From an uncultured Bacteroidales bacterium (GTDB taxonomy: Bacteria > Bacteroidota > Bacteroidia > Bacteroidales > VadinHA17): 64,000 bases of DNA. Shown here in pieces: positions 52,348 through 61,041 of the stretch. The translations under genes were made by a program, and so were the position numbers. Position 1 is the stretch's first letter. Every line of letters starts with the position of its first letter. A model generated the notes under the pieces. It ran no database searches. It worked only from the letters and a program-made list of their open reading frames with translations, and was not told the DNA's origin. Location of the stretch: contig CAVPBE010000001.1 of NCBI GenBank assembly GCA_963701745.1, positions 1,367,931 to 1,431,930 on the forward strand, written 5' to 3'.

Positions 52348-52620
52348 AAGATCTGGTTTAATGGCCCGTAAAACATTTTCAGCTTATAAACAAACTAAAG
52401 ATCGAATTGTTCTTTAATTCAAAGTTTTCCAAGAAGTTTCAGACTGACATTTTTATGTTAATTCACTGTAATAAAGTTAAGAAACAAAGGTATAAAAGAC
52501 AAGAGAATATCTTTTCCCAAAAATCCTATGTCACTATGGCTCGAGTTTTTCTTGCTATCATGCTAAAACTTATAATTATGCAAGGATTTGGGTAAAAGCA
52601 GGAGTAGTCTTTTTTCCTGT

Positions 52621-54093
52621 TCAACCTTCAAAATAGACACCTGCATTTTCAAGTGCTTTTCTAAGATCAGTGTATTTAAGTTCACGCGTTCCGCATTTTT
52701 TCGATGCACATAAGGCTGCAGCTGTTCCGGCAGCCTGTCCCTGACCCATACAGCATACAGTATTCCTGGTGGACATATGTGCACTACGATTTGATGTGAT
52801 AAGCATTCCTGCTGCCAGCAAATTCTCAATATTTTTTACAACAAGTGCTTTGTAAGGTACACCATATGTCCCTCCATTCCTGATCTGTAAACGCGGAGCT
52901 TCATCATGAAAGCCATATGCCATAATATCGTCATCAAAATGTTTCCCTTCAAGAACATCTTCCGAAGCGATATCATAGTCGCAAGTTATAGTTCTTCCCC
53001 GACGGATGTTTAATGACGGACTAGTCCGGGCAATAAAAGCTTTTTCACAACCAGGCAAATATTTTTTAAATAATTCAAGTGTTTTATATTGATTCTGCCT
53101 TATGATTAATTCTGCTTTAGCTACTTCATCTCTGTTGGTTGGGCTGATATCCATTTTATAATTGACCTTAATAAACATAAGATAATTGTCATGAACTGTT
53201 GTGGTTATCAGTCCTGATCCCAGCTGCTTTATTCCTTCTATAAATCCTGCGGGTAGTGTATTCTTCGAAGATCCTGTACCTTCTGCACCCATTCTTATAA
53301 TCTGGCTCTCTTTCCCTGACCGCAATCCAAGTGCAATATCTCCCGCAGCATTATTTACTTTAAGAAAATCATAGAGTTTTTCAATCTTTACATTACCTAC
53401 TCCCATACTGTTGCAGACCGGATGATCATTTAATTCAACAAAATCTGCTCCGGAATAAGCACTAAGGTCACCATAGGCAGTACTGTCAACAAAGCAACTG
53501 GCTTTAAAAAACTCTCTGCCCAAGCGGCTCTGGGCAATAACACCTTCAATTCTCGATCCTTTTTTAACTGCCCCTGCCACTAGTGTATTCACGCAGACAA
53601 AAACACCTGATTCAACAAGCATCTCAAATGCCTTTAGTTTATATAATTCCGTATCAATTGCAGTGCATACTGAATCATAATTATATCTTGTGGTTGTATC
53701 AGCATGACCTGTTGTACCACCAACAATCAGTAAGCGGTCAATTATTTCCTGAGCAAGACCTTTTACTACCTGGCGCTTTTCAACACCCGGAAAAGCTTTC
53801 CAGAGGTTAAAAAAGCTGTGAAGGGCTGTCCCTCCTTCAACAACTGTACCTCCCGGATATCCTTTTGATTCTATAAGGGCGGTTTTTGCTCCCTGACGTG
53901 CTGAAGCGACAGCTGCCATAACTCCTGCTGTACCGCCACCAGCCACAACAACATCAAATTCCCTGACGGGTAATCCTTTAATGTCCTCCCTGAACTCCAA
54001 AATATTTGCCGGATCTAAGGGAGAATCAGCAATAACCTGAGGTGCTGCGAGAGCAGCAAGCATCATACTTCTAGAGAAATATCTGCGATCCAT
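52621..54093 (-). CDS. FAD-dependent oxidoreductase (FAD_oxidored-type) with TAT-like signal
   Basis: 490 aa. The N-terminal MDRRYFSRSMMLAALAAP looks TAT-like. Dinucleotide motif DVVVAGGGTAGVMAA. Confidence 0.75.
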   Translation of the reverse strand: MDRRYFSRSMMLAALAAPQVIADSPLDPANILEFREDIKGLPVREFDVVVAGGGTAGVMAAVASARQGAKTALIESKGYPGGTVVEGGTALHSFFNLWKAFPGVEKRQVVKGLAQEIIDRLLIVGGTTGHADTTTRYNYDSVCTAIDTELYKLKAFEMLVESGVFVCVNTLVAGAVKKGSRIEGVIAQSRLGREFFKASCFVDSTAYGDLSAYSGADFVELNDHPVCNSMGVGNVKIEKLYDFLKVNNAAGDIALGLRSGKESQIIRMGAEGTGSSKNTLPAGFIEGIKQLGSGLITTTVHDNYLMFIKVNYKMDISPTNRDEVAKAELIIRQNQYKTLELFKKYLPGCEKAFIARTSPSLNIRRGRTITCDYDIASEDVLEGKHFDDDIMAYGFHDEAPRLQIRNGGTYGVPYKALVVKNIENLLAAGMLITSNRSAHMSTRNTVCCMGQGQAAGTAAALCASKKCGTRELKYTDLRKALENAGVYFEG

Positions 54094-54285
54094 AATTCAT
54101 TAATTTTATGAAACAATATTATGATAAACAATAATGTTAATAAATATACGAATTGTCCGGAAATTTATTCCGGGTTATAAAGGTTTATCACAAACACTTC
54201 ACCGCATTTATCTGACCTTCACTTGACTTTAGTATCAGGATAGTGTAACTTTACTTGTATACAATGATAACCATTTGTTAGTCTT

Positions 54286-56385
54286 ATGGCAATCTGGTCA
54301 GCTGAAATAAAAGAGCTAGAGATACTTTATGAATCCTTCAAAGGTCATTTCCCTGAACTTGAGAAAGAACTGGGGCAACTTATCAGTACTGATGATCCAA
54401 ACGTGATCATGCTATATTCAAGAAGATGTTTGGAAGTGATAATTACTGATATTTGTGAGTGTGAACTTAAAAGACCAAGAAAGACCGAACCTCTGAAAGG
54501 GATCCTAGATAAGCTACATAAGGAGGAAAAAGTACCTTCCCATATTATATCTTCGATGCATGGTCTCAATGAGCTGTCAACGTATGGCGCCCATCCTAAA
54601 GATTTTGATCCGGAACAGGTAAAGCCGGTTCTGATAAATCTCTATATAACTATCAAATGGTATCTGAAATATAAAGAACTCCAAATCTCAGGCATGGTTG
54701 TACAGGAACCACAAATACATGTTGAAAAACTGCCAGAAGTTAATGCAGAGGCTGTCATTAAGCCTAAGAGGAATATCATTTTAGTGCTCGCCGGTATAAT
54801 ATTGATTGCTGTTGTATTTACTATCCCCAAAATATTCAAAAGGGACAAATTTGAAGAAATCAGGGATCCTGATGGGAAAATCTCTGTTGCGGTAATGCCT
54901 TTTGATAATCTGACCGGCGATACTACTCTGAACTGGTTCGGTAAGGGGATCTCATCACTTATAATTAATGGGCTTGGAAGCTCGAAAGAACTCGCTGTCT
55001 GCGATGATCATACAATGTTTGAAGCGATGGAAGGTATGAACAATGTTTATTCTGCCGGAATTTCCCCGACGGTCGCTAAGGAAGTTGCGAATAAAGTCAA
55101 AGCGGAAAGTTATATATCAGGCAGCTTTCAGGGAAGAGAAAACATATATTGGATTTTGGTTAACTTAGTCAATACGCAAAATGGGAATATTATTTGGACA
55201 AATAGAGTCACGGGTAACCTCAAATCTTCAGGATACCTGGATGTTGCAGATTCATTATGCTATGAGATAAAGAACTATCTCGAAATACAAGCTCTCGAAA
55301 ATATTGCTGATTTTGATTTCCGCGAAGCATATCCAAAATCTTCTGAAGCATACAGGTATTTCATTGAAGGCATGAATTCAGTATTAAATCAGAATTATAA
55401 ATTCGGAATACAGTCATTAAAAAGAGCCCTGGAGATTGATTCAACCTTTACCTTGGCCACATTTTATTTAGCATATGCATACTGTTTTTGGTATCAACCG
55501 GAACAAATCATATTATGGACAAATAAAGCATATCAGCATAAAGAAAGGGTTCCTCCTAAATATCAACTATGGATAGAATTATGGTATGCAGTTCATAACG
55601 GTAAAGATATGCAGGGTATCACAAGGTATTGTGATCAGCTTGCAGAATCGGGCATAAATACTCGTTATTTATGGAATGATTTAGGTCTTACATATTGTGT
55701 TGACTTACATCAGTATGAAAAAGCTGTCTCATCATTTGAGAAGGTATTGGAAATCAACCCGGAACGCATAGGTGACTGGAAATTTATCATTTTCTGGGAC
55801 TCCTTTATCAGTGCTCTTCATAAAACTGGAAATCATGAAAGAGAGAGGGAGATATCTGAGACTGGACTAAAAGTACTTCCTGACAACAGCAACTGGTTTT
55901 TCTGCCGGATGGCTGTATGTGCTTTATCTCAGGGTAAAACAAATGAAGCAGATGAATTCCTTTTAAGATATCGAGCCAAGCATAAAGAATTGGGCACGCA
56001 GGAAAATTTGTTAGAGTTATTTTTGGGACAGTTATATGAGGAAGCAAATTTCATGGATCAGGCTGAAATGCATTACCGCAAAAGTTGTGAACTTAATCCA
56101 CAAAATGCAGATTGCATTTTGGATCTGGCACGTTTCCTGATTAACAATGAAATAAATGTTGATGAAGGAATGGGATTGATCCAAAAAATTCTGGAGAAAA
56201 AGCCCGATCATGAATCTGCATTACAACTAAAGGGCTGGGGTCTTTACAAGCGGAATAATTATGAGGAGGCTTTACAGCTTCTTGGAAAAATGTGGGAAAT
56301 TAGTAAAGGATTTAACATTGAGCTTTATAACCATCTTGAAGCAGCAAAAAAAGCAGTAGCGGGGCTGCAAAAGAGGACCGACTGA
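54286..56385 (+). CDS. Membrane protein: cytoplasmic DUF4145-like domain, one TM, TolB-like module and TPR repeats
   Basis: 699 aa. The N-terminus (RRCLEVIITD...LSTYGAHP) is DUF4145-like. The TM helix is NIILVLAGIILIAVVF. It is followed by VAVMPFDNLTGDTTLNWFGKGIS (TolB-like N-terminal module) and then TPRs. Confidence 0.6.
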   Translation: MAIWSAEIKELEILYESFKGHFPELEKELGQLISTDDPNVIMLYSRRCLEVIITDICECELKRPRKTEPLKGILDKLHKEEKVPSHIISSMHGLNELSTYGAHPKDFDPEQVKPVLINLYITIKWYLKYKELQISGMVVQEPQIHVEKLPEVNAEAVIKPKRNIILVLAGIILIAVVFTIPKIFKRDKFEEIRDPDGKISVAVMPFDNLTGDTTLNWFGKGISSLIINGLGSSKELAVCDDHTMFEAMEGMNNVYSAGISPTVAKEVANKVKAESYISGSFQGRENIYWILVNLVNTQNGNIIWTNRVTGNLKSSGYLDVADSLCYEIKNYLEIQALENIADFDFREAYPKSSEAYRYFIEGMNSVLNQNYKFGIQSLKRALEIDSTFTLATFYLAYAYCFWYQPEQIILWTNKAYQHKERVPPKYQLWIELWYAVHNGKDMQGITRYCDQLAESGINTRYLWNDLGLTYCVDLHQYEKAVSSFEKVLEINPERIGDWKFIIFWDSFISALHKTGNHEREREISETGLKVLPDNSNWFFCRMAVCALSQGKTNEADEFLLRYRAKHKELGTQENLLELFLGQLYEEANFMDQAEMHYRKSCELNPQNADCILDLARFLINNEINVDEGMGLIQKILEKKPDHESALQLKGWGLYKRNNYEEALQLLGKMWEISKGFNIELYNHLEAAKKAVAGLQKRTD

Positions 56386-56594
56386 TAGTATCCCCCATAG
56401 AGGGATCAGGGAGGAGCCACAAAATAGGGAACTCAACCCCCGGTCCACCAATGAAATCTTCTAAATGCTAAAACAGGTTAATTAAGAAATGATACCTGGA
56501 AAATGAGGGAATGCCTTCGGCGATCCCTGAGGAGCGAAGCTTCAAAGCCAGAGATAGAGGTTGTATCAAAAGTGTTTGATCAGAGCTTTTCATA

Positions 56595-56692
56595 CTTTGA
56601 GTCCTTCGTGTTAGCTTTTGTGATCCTTTGTGGTTCAATGATTTATGTTTTACCACAAAGGAACACTAAGGTTGTCACAAAGGGCACCAAGT
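56595..56692. repeat. Phased-heptamer hairpin element, CTTTGTG / CACAAAG word (arms in opposite order)
   Basis: CTTCGTG (56604), CTTTTGTG (56615), CTTTGTG (56626), then CACAAAG (56654), CACTAAG (56664), CACAAAG (56676), CACCAAG (56686). Confidence 0.8.
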
Positions 56693-57084
56693 ACTATTGA
56701 TACAGCCTCTATTTTATTTTTACTTTCGCCACCCTTCTAAAGCAATCTTTCTAAGGTGTCTCAGTTAAACAAAAAAAACATGCATCGCATGGTTTCCTCT
56801 GGCTTTGGAAGGGCCGAGCGTAAATGGGCCGACCGTAAAAAAATTAGCCAGTGGCTAATTTTAGGGAGGAGCCAGATAGAGCGAGGGAATGTGGGCTGTT
56901 TTAGCGAAGGAGCCAGCATGCAGGGAAGGAGACGACCCCCGGTCCAAGGGATTACCTCCTCATTTCATTCGTCGGTGATCCCTCGCATGGGAGGCTTCAA
57001 AGGCATCAGATCAGACGCCCCTCGGCGGCTTATTGTTATTTTCCCAAGCCCTCACGATTGCAGGCATAGCTCGGTGCTTTTCAT

Positions 57085-57116
57085 AAAACAAAAGACCCGC
57101 AGCAAATGCTGCGGGT
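57085..57116 (-). terminator. Rho-independent terminator downstream of tRNA-Ser
   Basis: On the minus strand, the hairpin acccgcagcatttgctgcgggt is followed by cttttgtttt. Confidence 0.65.
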
Positions 57117-57131
57117 TTAATCTGATGCCTC

Positions 57132-57223
57132 TGGCGGAGAAAGAGGGATTCGAACCCCCGGTCCACCGATAGGCGGACAACGGTTTTCAAGACCGCCGCA
57201 TTCGACCGCTCTGCCATTTCTCC
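57132..57223 (-). tRNA. tRNA-Ser (anticodon UGA), encoded CCA
   Basis: The reverse complement is GGAGAAATGGCAGAGCGGTCGAATGCGGCGGTCTTGAAAACCGTTGTCCGCCTATCGGTGGACCGGGGGTTCGAATCCCTCTTTCTCCGCCA. It folds with a 7-bp acceptor stem, anticodon loop CTTGAAA, long variable arm and GTTCGAATC T-loop. Confidence 0.9.
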
Positions 57224-57377
57224 ATCATCTTTCTATCGCCAAATATACCCTAAGCCGCATTCGCCGCGGAGTCTATCCCGATCTGCGGGACCATTTCTCC
57301 ATCATCTTTCTATCGCCAAATATACCCTAAGCCGCATTCGCCGCGGAGTCTATCCCGATCTGCGGGACCATTTCTCC
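57214..57377. repeat. Perfect 77-bp tandem duplication beginning at the tRNA-Ser 5' end
   Basis: ccatttctcc occurs at 57214, 57291 and 57368. The 67 bp between these occurrences are identical in both copies. Confidence 0.9.
57240..57247 (-). promoter_or_regulatory. Bacteroidota-type -7 box TATATTTG upstream of tRNA-Ser (second copy at 57317-57324)
   Basis: On the minus strand, TATATTTG lies 16 nt upstream of the mature tRNA 5' end and matches TAnnTTTG. It is duplicated by the 77-bp repeat. Confidence 0.45.
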
Positions 57378-57658
57378 CTTCGTCCGCCGCAGCTTTAGCG
57401 AAGGCGGGTAATTTCGTCCGCCGCAAAGGTAATATTTTTTTGATTTTTTGGAAATTTTAGACTAAATATACGAATTATCAGATAATCAGATAGATGAACT
57501 ATTTATTAACAGGATTTAAACATTTACGACCTGTCAAGATGAGGAAGTAATGAAATAATGAGGTTTTGCGTCATTTCTTAAATATGGGCTGATAATCTGT
57601 AAAATTATCGATTTTTGTACTAAAAGTGCCACTATTTGCGCAAAATAGACAAAAATTA

Positions 57659-57689
57659 TTTGCACATCATATAAAATGAAATATATTTG
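57659..57689 (+). promoter_or_regulatory. Candidate Bacteroidota promoter for the HU gene (-33 TTTG, -7 TATATTTG)
   Basis: TTTG at 57659-57662 and TATATTTG at 57682-57689, 19 nt apart. The ATG is at 57732. Confidence 0.5.
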
Positions 57690-57731
57690 TATCCAATTAG
57701 AACCATTGGTCTAACCTTTAAATCTTTCATT

Positions 57732-58001
57732 ATGACAAAAAAAGAATTAGTTAATGCAATTGCTGGCGATGCAGGTCTTTCTATTAAAGATTCAGGCAAA
57801 GCTTTAAACGCATTTGTTACAGCTTTTGGAAAAGCAATGAAAAAAGGTCAGAGAATCCAGCTCCCGGGCATGGGTACTTTTAAAGTTGCTAAAAGAAGTG
57901 CAAGAGTTGTACGCAATCCCCGTACTAATGCAAAATTGAATGTTCCTGCTAAGAAAGTCGTTAAATTCAAACCAGCTCCGGCACTTAACAAAGGTCTTTA
58001 A
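57732..58001 (+). CDS. HU-family histone-like DNA-binding protein
   Basis: 90 aa counted from MTKKELVNAIA. Contains GFGTF-like GMGTFKV and RNPRTN arm motifs. The listed ORF start at 57687 is probably too far upstream. Confidence 0.85.
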   Translation: MTKKELVNAIAGDAGLSIKDSGKALNAFVTAFGKAMKKGQRIQLPGMGTFKVAKRSARVVRNPRTNAKLNVPAKKVVKFKPAPALNKGL

Positions 58002-58023
58002 TCTTAATTGATTGAGATTGCTT

Positions 58024-58054
58024 GGGGGGTGTTATTCAAACACCCCCTTTTTTT
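58024..58054 (+). terminator. Rho-independent terminator after the HU gene
   Basis: The hairpin ggggggtgttattcaaacaccccc is followed by ttttttt. Confidence 0.75.
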
Positions 58055-58212
58055 CTGAAACCTTAAGATAACTATTTAGAACTTCAAACTAATAGAAAAA
58101 GAAAATTTTAGATGGTGATAAATATTATAAAGTATTTAATTTCAATTCAACAATTTGTTTTCAATTTTTTTACTATTTTTGATCAGATAATCCCGGTTCA
58201 AAAAAGAAAGCA

Positions 58213-58920
58213 ATGAACTGTATAATAGTCGATGATGATAAACTGAGCTGCAAACTCCTTGAAGGGTATGTGAATAAATATGCCTCCCTTAATCTTTTAG
58301 GTGTATTTAATGATCCTGTCTCTGCAAGAAACGAAATTGCCAAACAGAAAGACGTCGATCTTATACTGCTCGATGTAAAAATGCCGGAAATGGACGGCTT
58401 CGATCTGATTGGAAGCCTTGACCACCCGCCCAATATTATTATTGTTTCAGGAGGAGGGGAATTTGCCCTGAAAGCTTTTGATTTCAATGTAGTCGATTTT
58501 CTCCTGAAACCTATATCCTATGCCAGGTTTTGCAAGGCAATCGATAAGGTTTTAAGATATTTTGCACCCAAGGAGGCAAACAAATCTGGTGATGAAGAAA
58601 TATTCATAAAAAAAGGCTCCTCACTTGTTAAACTAAAGCTCAGGGAAATTGTTTTTGTGGAGGCTCTTGAAAATTATGTCACCCTGAACACTAACACCGA
58701 CAAGTTCACTATTCACTTTACAATGAAAGCTATCGAGAGCCAGCTTCCATCAGGAGTTTTTATAAGAGTCCACAGATCATTTATCATAAACAAGAGCATG
58801 ATCCAGGCTATCAAGGAAAGCTCACTTGATATTATGGTTGGACATACTCTTAAGAATATTCCGGTTGGGAAGTCGTTCAGGGATTCTCTCCTGAATGACA
58901 TTAATGTGATGGCCAGATAA
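58213..58920 (+). CDS. LytTR-family response regulator (receiver + LytTR DNA-binding domain)
   Basis: 235 aa. Receiver motifs IIVDDD and LLDVKMPEMDG, with a C-terminal LytTR-like region (...FIRVHRSFIIN). No adjacent histidine kinase. Confidence 0.85.
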   Translation: MNCIIVDDDKLSCKLLEGYVNKYASLNLLGVFNDPVSARNEIAKQKDVDLILLDVKMPEMDGFDLIGSLDHPPNIIIVSGGGEFALKAFDFNVVDFLLKPISYARFCKAIDKVLRYFAPKEANKSGDEEIFIKKGSSLVKLKLREIVFVEALENYVTLNTNTDKFTIHFTMKAIESQLPSGVFIRVHRSFIINKSMIQAIKESSLDIMVGHTLKNIPVGKSFRDSLLNDINVMAR

Positions 58921-58935
58921 TCTTCTCTCTATCAA

Positions 58936-60141
58936 ATGCTTACAAATAAAGAGCTTTTCCTGAAATATCTGGGACAAACTTCTGCTGCTCCATTAATGCT
59001 TGAAATTGTTAGAGCTGAAGGTGTCTTTATGTATGGCCCATCGGGAGAGAAATATTTAGACCTGATATCCGGCGTTTCAGTAAGCAATACAGGGCATCGC
59101 CATCCCAAAGTGGTACAGGCTGTTAAGGAGCAGGTAGATAATTATATGCACCTAATGGTTTATGGCGAATTGATCCAGACTCCCCAGGTGAAATATGCTG
59201 AATATCTTGCCTCATTTCTGCCAGCTCCTCTTAGCTGTATCTATTTCGTTAACTCAGGAAGTGAAGCAGTTGAAGGTGCATTGAAACTCGCCAAAAGATT
59301 TACGGGTCGCAGCAAGATAATTTCATTTGAAAATTCGTACCATGGAAGCACTCACGGTGCATTGAGCATTCAGGGCAGTGAAGAATACCGGAATGCATTC
59401 AGGCCCCTGCTGCCCGATACTTTCAGGATCAGATTCAATGATGCTGATTCACTGAATGTTATAGATGATAAAACTGCCTGCGTTATATTAGAACCCGTCC
59501 AGGGTGAAGGAGGGGTAATTTTCCCTGAAAAAGGATTCCTGGAGCAGATCAGGATGAAATGCACCGCTACAAACTCCATTTTGATATTCGATGAGATACA
59601 GACCGGATTCGGAAGAACCGGACATATGTTTGCCATTGACAGGTTCAAGGTTGTCCCTGACATTCTTCTCCTTGCAAAAGCACTCGGAGGAGGTATGCCC
59701 CTTGGTGCATTTATTTCATCGGCTGAAATAATGTCCTCCCTGATATCTAAACCAACTCTCGGACATATTACGACATTCGGAGGCCATCCGGTTTGCTGTG
59801 CAGCCGGACTTGCTTCAATGAAGGTAATATCGGAGGAAAAACTTATAGAATCTTGTCAGGGAAAATCCAAGCTCTTCAACGATCTGCTTAAACATGACAT
59901 CATAGCCGGAATAAGAGGGGAGGGTCTGCTCCTGGCAGTTCAGCTGACACGTCCTGAATATGTGAGGCTTGCTGTTGCCAGAGCGCCGGAATTCGGACTG
60001 ATACTTGATTATTTCCTTTTCTGTGATGATGCTTTCAGGATAGCACCTCCACTGACAATCACTGAAGATGAGATTTCTTTAGCCTGCAGGCAGATCTGCA
60101 ATCTTCTTGATGAAGTACAAATCGACAGAATGACAAAATGA
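58936..60141 (+). CDS. Class III PLP-dependent aminotransferase (acetylornithine/ornithine aminotransferase-like)
   Basis: 401 aa. Motifs NSGSEAVEGALKLA, DEIQTGFGRTG and LLAKALGGGMPLGA (PLP lysine context). Confidence 0.85.
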   Translation: MLTNKELFLKYLGQTSAAPLMLEIVRAEGVFMYGPSGEKYLDLISGVSVSNTGHRHPKVVQAVKEQVDNYMHLMVYGELIQTPQVKYAEYLASFLPAPLSCIYFVNSGSEAVEGALKLAKRFTGRSKIISFENSYHGSTHGALSIQGSEEYRNAFRPLLPDTFRIRFNDADSLNVIDDKTACVILEPVQGEGGVIFPEKGFLEQIRMKCTATNSILIFDEIQTGFGRTGHMFAIDRFKVVPDILLLAKALGGGMPLGAFISSAEIMSSLISKPTLGHITTFGGHPVCCAAGLASMKVISEEKLIESCQGKSKLFNDLLKHDIIAGIRGEGLLLAVQLTRPEYVRLAVARAPEFGLILDYFLFCDDAFRIAPPLTITEDEISLACRQICNLLDEVQIDRMTK

Positions 60142-60959
60142 GAAGGATCTTAGTAGTACTTTTTTTTGCCACATCATGGTTTTTTTCTATTACTGAAGGG
60201 CAGATCAGCAAGCAGGATGTTTCATTAACCCTGGAAAAGCTATTCAACAGGCTTGTTGCCAGCAATGAAGATTCAGAAAAGCTTAGAATAAATGACTCTA
60301 TTAAATTCATTATTGACAGCTACGCAGAGTCTGATACCGTTTTTACACATAAGTTTTCCAATCTGAAATACCTGGGACAGGTCACTTCAAAGAATTCAGG
60401 ATTGAAGATTATTGCATGGAATCTGTTACTTAAAGACTCTGAAAGCAGGTATTTTTGTTATTTTATTAACAGTACCGGAAAGGCGAACCATCTTTACCGG
60501 CTTGAAGCGAAATACAATAAAACACCTGTAAATAGCGATATTACATATTCTGAAAAAGACTGGTACGGAGCTCTTTATTATGATCTGAGACCTTTTAAGC
60601 AAGCCAAACAGCCTTATTGGGTGCTTTTAGGTATTGACTATGGTAATCCCTCAATTACTCGTAAGATCATTGATATCCTTAGTTTCGGTCCTGACGGCGG
60701 GATCGTTTTTGGCAAGAAATTATTTGTATCAGACGATGTAACCAAATACAGGGAAATTCTTGAGTACAGCTCTGAAGTGGTGATTTCATTGAAATTCCTT
60801 TCGGACAAATCAATAATTTTTGATCATCTGGTCCCAATATCACCTGCATTAAAAGGTAATAAGGAATTCTATGGCCCCGATTTCTCATTCGATACATACA
60901 ACCTTGAAAAAGGTGTCTGGAAATTCAAGTCAGACGTTGACGCCAGGAATAAAAAGTGA
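60138..60959 (+). CDS. Secreted hypothetical protein
   Basis: 273 aa with a signal-like N-terminus. Its start overlaps the aminotransferase stop by 4 nt (ATGA). No family recognised. Confidence 0.5.
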   Translation: MRRILVVLFFATSWFFSITEGQISKQDVSLTLEKLFNRLVASNEDSEKLRINDSIKFIIDSYAESDTVFTHKFSNLKYLGQVTSKNSGLKIIAWNLLLKDSESRYFCYFINSTGKANHLYRLEAKYNKTPVNSDITYSEKDWYGALYYDLRPFKQAKQPYWVLLGIDYGNPSITRKIIDILSFGPDGGIVFGKKLFVSDDVTKYREILEYSSEVVISLKFLSDKSIIFDHLVPISPALKGNKEFYGPDFSFDTYNLEKGVWKFKSDVDARNKK

Positions 60960-61041
60960 CTATTTGTCAGTTTGAAATGAACGGCATATCTTTTGAAAGA
61001 GAACCGGCGTTGATCATGTTTAATCTATAAATTTTACCGAT

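Noticed and set aside
56386-57131. I looked for a tmRNA, RNase P RNA, SRP RNA or 6S RNA in the 740-bp ORF-free region beside tRNA-Ser, and for an integrated mobile element.
   Set aside because: I could not find the conserved tmRNA ends, the RNase P GAGGAAAGUCCGGGC-type motif or the SRP domain IV motif on either strand. No integrase or excisionase is present. Only tRNA-like fragments and hairpins are, and these are reported separately.
56756-57172. A 138-aa ORF on the plus strand.
   Set aside because: It runs through the repeat mosaic, the terminator hairpin and into the tRNA-Ser gene. It has an Arg/Gly/Ser-rich composition and no recognisable domain, so it is most likely spurious.
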